From Phycisphaerae bacterium (lineage in GTDB: Bacteria > Planctomycetota > Phycisphaerae > Phycisphaerales > SM1A02), in assembly GCA_016795065.1 (NCBI GenBank), contig JAEUIU010000062.1, positions 35,712 to 99,711 of the forward strand: 64,000 bases of DNA, given 5' to 3'. The notes under the pieces were generated by a model. It did no database searches and was not told the origin of the DNA. It worked only from the letters and a program-made list of their open reading frames with translations. The first letter of the stretch is position 1, and the number at the start of each line of letters is the position of its first letter. The translations under genes and the position numbers were made by a program. Below are positions 52,423 to 59,811 of the stretch, one piece after another.

Positions 52423-54384
52423 TCACGATCCAGGTGTGGGCGACGAGAGGGTTCCGCCCCCGGGAAGGAAGAACTCCCACGGCTCCAGCGCTGTCTTGTA
52501 GGCGTTCACGTTGCCAACGGAACTCTTGACGAAACGAATCCAAGGGGCGACACGAATGAACGTGTAGGGCTGCTCGTCGTGGAGGACCCGTTCAAGCTGG
52601 TGCCAGACCTTCATCCGCTCGGCATCGACGAGCGTGCGCCGGCCAAGGTCAATGAGGCGGTCCGCGTCGGGCGAGGACCATTGCACGAAATTGTCGCCGC
52701 CGGCCTTGATCGAATCGGAATGGAACATCTGCCGGACGTCGCTCTCCGGAGCGTTGGTCTGCCAGCCGAGGAAGAAGGCGTCGAAATCGCGGGCCTTGCC
52801 GACTTCGGTGTAGACCGCCCAATCGACCTGACGAATCGAGCAGCGGATGCCCGCCTTGAGGCAAGCGGACTTCATGAAGCTGCCGATGCGGTCGTAGAGG
52901 TCGCCGCCGGAGGGCATCGTCGCCTCGAACTCGAAGGGCTCACCCTTTTCGTTCTCGAGGACGCCATCACCATCGCGATCCTTCCAGCCCGCCTCGGCCA
53001 ACAGCGACTTTGCCCGGGTCAGGTCATGGGGCCAGGGAGCGTTTGTGGCATCGGCGGCCGGCGATTGCGGATTGAAAGGCCCCTTCGAGACGCTGCCGAC
53101 GCCGTTCCAGATCTCGTTGATCATCCGCTCGCGATCGATCAGGAGCGTCATCGCCTGCCGTACCCGCTTGTCGGCGAATGGCGTCAGCCGCTTGTTCGCC
53201 CGCAAGCCGCACTGCCAGCCGATGAACGTGTAGCCGCCGCGCATGTTGATCCAGTTGAGGCTCTTGTTGGCGTCGGCCCAACCGGCTTCCTTCTGGGCTT
53301 CAACGAACTGAGGTGCAGTCGGCGTGGTGATATGGCCCTCGCCATTGCGGTAGGCGACCAATCGGGCGGTCTCGTCGGTGATGCTCTTGAAGCGCATGCC
53401 CGCAAGCGGCGAGCGGGCCTTGGTTGCCCAGTACTGTTCGTTGCGGACCAGAGCGAGGTCGGTCCCCGGGTTCCACTGCCGATCGGGATCATTCGATTCG
53501 AGCCGGAACGGCCCGGAGCCCATCAGGAGACTCGTACCGCTGTTGATTTGGGTCGGTTCGAACTTCGCGTAGTAATGCTTCGGCAGGATGTTCTGGTTCA
53601 GCGTGTTGGCGAGGTTGAGGAAGAGCACCTTGTCGGGATGGAAGGTGAACTCAACTGTCTTCGGATCGATCGCCTTGACGTCGGCCACATAATCGAGTCC
53701 GGAGCGGGCTGCCGGAGCTTCGATGAGCGGATTGAGGATGTAATCCTTGAAGGTGAAGCAGACGTCGTCGGCAGAGACCGGCATGCCGTCGGAGAAGGTC
53801 GCCTTGGGATTGATGTGGACGCGCAACCACGTGCCGTCCGGCGAGTACTGCCAGGCATCGGCGAGCAGGCCGCGAAGGGCGAGCGTCTTCGGGTCGTACA
53901 CCGCCAACTGCTCAGCCACGCGATCAACGATGCGCCGACCATAGACGTCGGTGTTGATGAAAGGCGTGACGCGGGGGAAACGGGCGTCGACGATCTCGAC
54001 TAGCTCGCCGCCTTCGACGAAACCGGGCAATGAACGCGGATCGGTCGCGTAGGTGTACTCAGGCTGCCAGGCGATCGGCACGCCGGGACGGGCCCACGTT
54101 GCGTCGCCTGCCGGCGAGGAGGCCGCCGCCGGAAGGGACCCGATCGGCCGTGACTGAAGCGATCGATCGAGGTCCTCGAGTCGCTTGCCGAGTTCGCTGG
54201 CTTCCTTGGCATCGATCGCAACCGTCTCCAGTCGCGTTCGCGTCTCCTTCACCTGCTCCTCGATCGAGCGCAGGTATTCCCACATCCGATCCTTTTGGAG
54301 CATGGCGTTGAAGGTGAGAAATCCGATGCCCAAGAGGAGAATCAGGAAGACAATGTCCTTCGGTCCGAATCGGTGCTCCATCAC
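52423..54384 (-). CDS. ABC transporter substrate-binding protein, family 5 (peptide/nickel), TM-anchored with coiled-coil stalk
   Basis: N-terminal TM (IVFLILLLGIGFLTF), a coiled coil, then an SBP_bac_5-like body (TFSDGMPVSADDVCFTFKD, GSGPFRLES, GWQ...). Confidence 0.88.
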   Translation of the reverse strand: MMEHRFGPKDIVFLILLLGIGFLTFNAMLQKDRMWEYLRSIEEQVKETRTRLETVAIDAKEASELGKRLEDLDRSLQSRPIGSLPAAASSPAGDATWARPGVPIAWQPEYTYATDPRSLPGFVEGGELVEIVDARFPRVTPFINTDVYGRRIVDRVAEQLAVYDPKTLALRGLLADAWQYSPDGTWLRVHINPKATFSDGMPVSADDVCFTFKDYILNPLIEAPAARSGLDYVADVKAIDPKTVEFTFHPDKVLFLNLANTLNQNILPKHYYAKFEPTQINSGTSLLMGSGPFRLESNDPDRQWNPGTDLALVRNEQYWATKARSPLAGMRFKSITDETARLVAYRNGEGHITTPTAPQFVEAQKEAGWADANKSLNWINMRGGYTFIGWQCGLRANKRLTPFADKRVRQAMTLLIDRERMINEIWNGVGSVSKGPFNPQSPAADATNAPWPHDLTRAKSLLAEAGWKDRDGDGVLENEKGEPFEFEATMPSGGDLYDRIGSFMKSACLKAGIRCSIRQVDWAVYTEVGKARDFDAFFLGWQTNAPESDVRQMFHSDSIKAGGDNFVQWSSPDADRLIDLGRRTLVDAERMKVWHQLERVLHDEQPYTFIRVAPWIRFVKSSVGNVNAYKTALEPWEFFLPGGGTLSSPTPGS

Positions 54385-54467
54385 GCGCTCGCTCGTTGCA
54401 TGGCAGGTTTCTTTCGGGAGATCGGCTGGCGAAAGATGCCACGATAGCAGTCATCGCTCCTCCGTTG

Positions 54468-55580
54468 CTACGGACGTCCGCCGCGACGACCCTGGCCGAG
54501 CGGATCGAGCCGCTGGCGGAGGCTGTCGCCGAGGAAGTTGAGCGAGACAAGTGCCAAAGCGATGAGGAGACACGGCGCCGCGAGAAGCCACCAACGGCTC
54601 GAAACCGTATTGAGTTCGCTCAGCGCATCAGCCGCGAGGTTGCCCCAGGAGGGCAGCGGATCGCGAATGCCGATCCCAAGGAAGCTGAGGAAACTCTCAG
54701 ACAGGATCGCCGAAGGCACGGCGAGCGTCGCATACACCGCGATCGGGCCGAAGAGGTTGGGAAGCAGGTGAACGCGAAACTGCTTGGCGGGCGTGACGCC
54801 GATGGCCCGAGCGGCCTCAATGAACGGCTGGGCCTTGAGGGAAAGCACCTGCCCGCGGATCACGCGGGCCATGGTGAGCCACGAAACCCCGCCAATGGCG
54901 ACCAACAGCGTGATGAGTTCGATGAGCTGGCGCATGCCGGCGCCGATCAGCTCGCTGTTGGCCTCGAGGCGTCCATTCACCGCCACCGCCAGGAGGACCA
55001 CGAGGAGGATCGAAGGGAGGCCGAAGAGGATGTCGACCGCCCGCATCATGAATGCGTCGAGGCGTCCCCCGCGGAAACCCGCGAATGCGCCGTACGCCGT
55101 TCCAATGACCATCGCGAGAGCCGCGGCGGAGAAGCCGACGGTCAGTGAGATCGCCCCACCTGCGAGACAGCGGGCAAAGACGTCCCGTCCCTGCCGATCG
55201 CTGCCCAGAATGCGGCCCGGCACGTAGCGACCTTCCCGTGTGGCGGCCTCGACGCGCTTGGCGTCCTCGGGGCTGGTCCCGAGCCACGATGGAGGCAGCA
55301 GGCTCAGATCAATGTTGCCCGCGTCGTAGCGGCGCGCCGGCGGCTCACCGGGCCCCGTCACCAGGGCGAAGGTCCACGGCAGGCTTGCGAAACAGGCGAG
55401 TCCCAGCGTCCCCAAGAGCACGAGCCCGATCCATCCGATTCCGAGGCCCGCGACAGATCTTCGCGGTTGGCGGCGAGCGGAGCGACCCGTGGAGCTGGCG
55501 TCCGTCGTGGCGTCGGTCGTGGCATCCGCCGCGGGATCGAGGCTGGTCGGATCCTGCTTTGGGCTCGGCGTCGGCTGCAC
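54468..55580 (-). CDS. Second OppC/DppC-like ABC permease
   Basis: ILGSDRQGRDVFARCL motif and BPD_transp_1 core (MRAVDILFGLPSILLVVLLA, QVLSLKAQPFIEAARAIG). Confidence 0.85.
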   Translation of the reverse strand: MQPTPSPKQDPTSLDPAADATTDATTDASSTGRSARRQPRRSVAGLGIGWIGLVLLGTLGLACFASLPWTFALVTGPGEPPARRYDAGNIDLSLLPPSWLGTSPEDAKRVEAATREGRYVPGRILGSDRQGRDVFARCLAGGAISLTVGFSAAALAMVIGTAYGAFAGFRGGRLDAFMMRAVDILFGLPSILLVVLLAVAVNGRLEANSELIGAGMRQLIELITLLVAIGGVSWLTMARVIRGQVLSLKAQPFIEAARAIGVTPAKQFRVHLLPNLFGPIAVYATLAVPSAILSESFLSFLGIGIRDPLPSWGNLAADALSELNTVSSRWWLLAAPCLLIALALVSLNFLGDSLRQRLDPLGQGRRGGRP

Positions 55581-55682
55581 ATCGCGATGCTACCACCCGA
55601 TCCGCGCCATGCGGACGAAGGGGCGATTCCGTGTGCGTTCCGATGGCGGCCTCGACGCTGGTCGTAGCGAACCTAGCGACGC

Positions 55683-57125
55683 TCAGCGGACTTCGTTGGG
55701 GGTCAACGGGGCCCGCAACGGCCGCTCGGGATCGCGCGGGCCACCGCGCTCCAGGAGATCGGCAAGGCCGGGTCGTGGCGGCGCGTCCATCAGTTCCGCG
55801 ACCAGGCGATCGCGGCGAGTCTTGGTCTGATCGGCCTGCGAATCGTGGGCGAGCTCCGCCCGCTCGCTGTCCAGAAGCTCCGAGAGTGACTTCACTTCGT
55901 GTGCACGCTGTTCGATCTGGAGGTCAATGATCTCCACCGAGATCCGACGCATTTCGTCGCTGGCCCTCGTCGCATCCGCCGGACGCTTGTCGGCACTAGC
56001 GTCGTGATAAGACTGAGCGGCGGTCCGCAGCTCGACGTGCTTGCGGAGCTCGCGCACCTTCTTGTCGTAGAGGTCTCGATCTCGCTCCTTCAGGACGACG
56101 AGCCCGAAGAACCGAGGGCCACCCTGGCGAATGGTCCGGAGTGTCTGTTCGCGATCCTCCACAAGCTGGGCGGCAAGGCGATCGCCGGCCTGCGGCGAGA
56201 CGTCCCGCGCGACAGCAATGAACTTGTCGATCGCCATCTCAAGCCGTCCGTTCGTCGGGCCACCGGGTCGGCCCGGCGCGGGAGGCGGAGGCCCTTCCGA
56301 TGACGACGGCGGAGGCGGAGGCGGAGCGTCCGCTGCCGCCTGCATCGGCGGTCGGTCGCGGCCTCCCCGCTCAATGATCTCCAACAGGCCTTGAGCTGGA
56401 CGCGCTCGCGTCATCTCCTGCATGAGCTGATCCACCAAGGTCCGCATCCCGTCAGGCCTTGCGTCGCGCTCGAGTGACTCGCGTTGTTCCTTGACGAAGA
56501 TCTCCAGCGAGTTGAGTTCGCTGGCCCGCTGCCACAACTGGAGATTGACGATGCGCTCGCAGATCTCCCGCATGCGTTCCATCGCCCGACCGCAATCCTC
56601 GTCGCGGTTGCTGTCCTTGGCTTCGTGATACTGGCCGGCGATCTTCCGGGCCTCGATCTGAGCCTGAAGCTCCTTGACCTTCATGTCATAGAGCCCGCGA
56701 TTCCGCTCCTTCAGCATCACCAGCCCGACAAGACGCTGGCCATTCTGCCGGATCGCCTTCGTGGTGCCTTCACGGTCTGTTTCCAGACGTTCACGAAGTG
56801 TCTTCGCCCACCCCGGCTCGATGTCCTCGGCGACCTCGATGAACCGTTCGACTGGAATGTCCGCACCGCGACGTCCGCCCTCTCCGTTCGAGAGTCGCCG
56901 CTTCGGCGACGCCCCTTCCGGAGGCGCGACGGGACGAATCCGGGCTTGTTCCTCGGGCAAGTTTGCCGGCGGATCGTCCGTAGCCATCGCGTCCCTGGCG
57001 ACCCCTCCTGCGAGAAGCGCCGCGGCGATCAGACCGATCGTCATCGACGAGCAGTGCCGGCGGAAATGCCAATCGGTGTTCATGCCGCGCATTCGAGAGG
57101 AACCTGTACGTCGCCACAACGGCAT
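55683..57125 (-). CDS. Secreted helical protein made of two tandem ~190-aa homologous halves separated by a Pro-rich linker
   Basis: Signal peptide (MTIGLIAAALLAGGVARDAMA). Half 1: VERFIEVAEDIEPGWAKTLRERLETDREGTTKAIRQNGQRLVGLVMLKERNRGLYDMKVKEL. Half 2: IDKFIAVARDVSPQAGDRLAAQLVEDREQTLRTIRQGGPRFFGLVVLKERDRDLYDKKVREL. Both halves end ...ERGG(R/P)RD(R)P. Confidence 0.55.
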   Translation of the reverse strand: MPLWRRTGSSRMRGMNTDWHFRRHCSSMTIGLIAAALLAGGVARDAMATDDPPANLPEEQARIRPVAPPEGASPKRRLSNGEGGRRGADIPVERFIEVAEDIEPGWAKTLRERLETDREGTTKAIRQNGQRLVGLVMLKERNRGLYDMKVKELQAQIEARKIAGQYHEAKDSNRDEDCGRAMERMREICERIVNLQLWQRASELNSLEIFVKEQRESLERDARPDGMRTLVDQLMQEMTRARPAQGLLEIIERGGRDRPPMQAAADAPPPPPPSSSEGPPPPAPGRPGGPTNGRLEMAIDKFIAVARDVSPQAGDRLAAQLVEDREQTLRTIRQGGPRFFGLVVLKERDRDLYDKKVRELRKHVELRTAAQSYHDASADKRPADATRASDEMRRISVEIIDLQIEQRAHEVKSLSELLDSERAELAHDSQADQTKTRRDRLVAELMDAPPRPGLADLLERGGPRDPERPLRAPLTPNEVR

Positions 57126-57197
57126 GGTGTCTCGGTCAGGCCATCCACATGGTCATCTCAGCCGGATCCGCAGCAAGCCGCAAGCGAAGCGAACGGG

Positions 57198-58160
57198 TCA
57201 CGAAGCGCCCGAACCGGTATCAAAACCTGATTCGTATCCGTCGTCGAAGCCAGCCCCATCAAGACTCGAGAACGAATCCTGAGAAAGGCCCAGAATAGCC
57301 CCGAGTTCGCTTTCGATGTCGTCGATCGCGGAGCCCTGCGTTCGGAGGACAGGAACGGCCATGCGGGCCGCATCACTTCCACCGAGCCGATCTTCGTTCA
57401 ACCAAGTGCGGGTCATGCCCACCTGTCCAGCCAGCGAGAAGGCCCTTGGCTGCAGGGCCTGCATCCCGCCAGCCCAGCCGAACTCGGGAGACTGCCGACC
57501 GTCCAAAAGGGCCACCAAGGTCAACTCCGCGACCGAGCTTGCTGAGGAGCCCGCCTCTGCCAGTTCCATGCTGCGCCCCGTCGAGGAAGAGGCCGCGGTG
57601 TCGGGCTGAATGGCAATCCAAGAACCTGCCGCAACAGCCACCGCAGCGGCGGTCGCCAAGGCGACTCGAGCCCACCTGACCGAAGCCGCTGACCAGAGAC
57701 GGTGTGCCCCCCGACCACCCCGCCCGGCCTGTCCGGCAGTACGGGTTCGGCTGAATCCGAATCCGTTCCCCCAAACACCGCCCGAACGTCGGCTGCCGTC
57801 AGTGAGGGGGGCGATGCTGCCGATATGGGCCAGCGATTCGGTCTCATCGCGCTGCCCGGAGAGTGAAGGCTCAAGCTCTGCCGATTCGGAAGCCGCTGCC
57901 AGGTGCGTCCGAGAAGCAGCGAACACCCGATCCGCCAAGGTACCGCTACCCATCATCCGCGTGTCCCGTCCTGCTGGCCCATCAAGCGAGGTTTGGCCAG
58001 ACAGGACGAAGTCCAGCGTCCTATCCAAAGAGCGAAGATCGGGGGAGATCAGCCCGTCATCGCGGTGGATTCGGAACGGATGTCGTTCGACGCTGCCTCC
58101 GCCCACCGGGGTGGGACGGGAGTCGTGTTCGTCAGGAGATGGGTGAGAATCGCGGTCCAC
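57198..58160 (-). CDS. Single-pass membrane protein downstream of the ECF sigma (possible anti-sigma factor); GTG start
   Basis: 320-aa ORF with one central TM (WARVALATAAAVAVAAGSWIAI) and cytoplasmic and extracytoplasmic halves. No recognisable zf-HC2 or RskA motif. Third-position GC is somewhat lower than in neighbours. Confidence 0.45.
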   Translation of the reverse strand: MDRDSHPSPDEHDSRPTPVGGGSVERHPFRIHRDDGLISPDLRSLDRTLDFVLSGQTSLDGPAGRDTRMMGSGTLADRVFAASRTHLAAASESAELEPSLSGQRDETESLAHIGSIAPLTDGSRRSGGVWGNGFGFSRTRTAGQAGRGGRGAHRLWSAASVRWARVALATAAAVAVAAGSWIAIQPDTAASSSTGRSMELAEAGSSASSVAELTLVALLDGRQSPEFGWAGGMQALQPRAFSLAGQVGMTRTWLNEDRLGGSDAARMAVPVLRTQGSAIDDIESELGAILGLSQDSFSSLDGAGFDDGYESGFDTGSGAS

Positions 58161-58163
58161 TAC

Positions 58164-58228
58164 GGTTCCAGTTCAGGGTTCCAGTTCCGGGTTCCAGTTC
58201 AGGGTTCCAGTTCAGGGTTCCAGTTCAG
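58164..58228. repeat. 13-bp x 5 tandem direct repeat (GGTTCCAGTTCAG; minus strand CTGAACTGGAACC)
   Basis: Units start at 58164, 58177, 58190, 58203 and 58216. There is one mismatch, in unit 2. Each minus-strand unit contains TGA and the period is not a multiple of 3, so all three frames are closed. Confidence 0.9.
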
Positions 58229-58455
58229 AGATTCGGTCCAAGCATACGAGATCACACGAGGCCGGTCGGAACACGCCATTCGGGCAGCCGTCCGGATCGT
58301 CCACCATCGTGCGTTCCGAACGTGAACCGCGAGCCGAGGATTGCAGACTTTCCCGTTGTCGGGCGGCCAATCGGTTTTCAGGAATGGCAGGCCTTCCCGG
58401 TCGCACCGACTCGGCAAGCGAGGCAAGATCACACATGGACAGGACCATGAGGAGA

Positions 58456-59061
58456 TCAGAACGCATCGGCGCTGACCCCCCTGTCTTCAAGATAGTCGCG
58501 GAGCTTCTTGAGGGCCCGATGATGGCGGGCCAAAAGCGTCCCAAGGGGTTCGTTCAACGAGTCTGCGAGCTGCTTGAAGGAAAGCCCTCCGACGTGTCGG
58601 AGATTGATGATCTCCCGATCGGCTTCGTTCAAGGAGGCGATCGCCTCCTGGAGGATTTTCGCGGTCGCGGCCTCTGTCCCGCGCTCCGCACCGCGCGGTT
58701 GGTCGACCATCACCGCGAGGCTCGCCATGGGGGCTTCCTCCATGGGGCTCGCATGCCGCTTCCGACGCCGCATCTCGTCGCGAAGACGATTCATGGCGAT
58801 GCGGAAAAGCCAGCTTTCGAAACGCCCAACCTCCTGATAGTCCCGGAGCTTCGCTGCCACGGTACAGAAGGTCGATTGGGTGATCTCTTCCGCCAGATCG
58901 GCGTCTCCGCACTGCGAACGGATCAGGCCGAAGACCCTCGAGACGTAGGCGTCGACAATGCCACGCCATGCAACCTCATCGCCGGTAGCGGCCGCAGCCA
59001 ACAGGGCGGCGAGCTCCTCGGGTGAGCTGGCATTCTCGGGCTTGCGGGACGTCGGCGCCAT
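58456..59061 (-). CDS. ECF-family RNA polymerase sigma factor
   Basis: Region 2 (VDAYVSRVFGLIRSQCGDADLAEEITQSTF, WLFRIAMNRLRDEMRR) and region 4 (IINLRHVGGLSFKQLADSLNEPLGTLLARHHRALKKL). ATG 59061 is in frame in ORF 58456..59127. Confidence 0.8.
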   Translation of the reverse strand: MAPTSRKPENASSPEELAALLAAAATGDEVAWRGIVDAYVSRVFGLIRSQCGDADLAEEITQSTFCTVAAKLRDYQEVGRFESWLFRIAMNRLRDEMRRRKRHASPMEEAPMASLAVMVDQPRGAERGTEAATAKILQEAIASLNEADREIINLRHVGGLSFKQLADSLNEPLGTLLARHHRALKKLRDYLEDRGVSADAF

Positions 59062-59187
59062 CGCGGCGGAACGGAGTGTATGAGGAAGCGGGTTGAGCGA
59101 TGGCGGCACGGGGAACCCGGCAGACAACGGGCTTGGCCCGTCCTGCTTGCACCGCGTTCTTTGCCCCGCACCGATTCCATCGCCGAC

Positions 59188-59379
59188 TCACCTAGACCGG
59201 AGCCAAAGCCAAGCCGGGACCACGAGCCAGGCCAACCCCTTCAACAGGAAGAAGAGGAAGGCCAGCAGCCCGATGCGGGCGGCTGTTCCGGGTACGGGAC
59301 ATGCCAACGGCTGGTGGCGCTCGGCGCGCACCTCTGACCGGGCCGCAATGGGCGGCCGCTTCTCCCCTCGCTGCGACAT
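59188..59379 (-). CDS. Possible small (63 aa) membrane protein
   Basis: A strong RBS (GGGAGGGGG, 4 nt spacer) precedes ATG 59379. One hydrophobic helix (IGLLAFLFFLLKGLAWLVVPAWLWL). It lies between the STAS and sigma genes on the same strand. Confidence 0.4.
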   Translation of the reverse strand: MSQRGEKRPPIAARSEVRAERHQPLACPVPGTAARIGLLAFLFFLLKGLAWLVVPAWLWLRSR

Positions 59380-59425
59380 CGGTCCCCCTCCCGCCCTCCC
59401 CGGGCGTCCTTAAACAATCAGGCCC

Positions 59426-59758
59426 TTAGGCGGCCTTGAGAATCTCGAGTTGCTGATCAAGCCGTGTGAAGAGCAGGATGCGTTGCACGTTCGGATTGTC
59501 GTGGCGGATCTTCATCGCCCCGCCTGCCTGCTTCGTTGCCCGCAGGATCGCCACGATCAGGTTGAGCCCAACCGAGTCGATCATCTTCGCGGTGGAGAGG
59601 TCCAGCAGAAGCGTCTTGAGCGTCTTGCTGAACTTCTCGGGCTCGGTCAGGAGATCGTTGACGACCGCCCGAACCTCCTTGGCGTTCGTACTCAACAGAT
59701 CACCATTGATGCGGATCGTCCAGGCGCTGGAGTCGCGGGTGGAATGTACGGTCGGCAT
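59426..59758 (-). CDS. STAS-domain anti-sigma-factor antagonist (RsbV/SpoIIAA/BtrV-like)
   Basis: 110 aa. It has the LLLDLSTAKMIDSVGLNLIVAI segment, with the conserved phosphorylatable Ser in DSVGL. Confidence 0.85.
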   Translation of the reverse strand: MPTVHSTRDSSAWTIRINGDLLSTNAKEVRAVVNDLLTEPEKFSKTLKTLLLDLSTAKMIDSVGLNLIVAILRATKQAGGAMKIRHDNPNVQRILLFTRLDQQLEILKAA

Positions 59759-59811
59759 GCGTGGCCCCTGACGGAGAAGTCCCTAACAGTTGGATTGTCC
59801 CAGCGGAGGCC

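Noticed and set aside
58164-58228. Possible CRISPR array
   Set aside because: The 13-bp units are directly tandem with no spacers, far shorter than CRISPR repeats, and no cas genes are nearby. It is reported as a tandem repeat instead.
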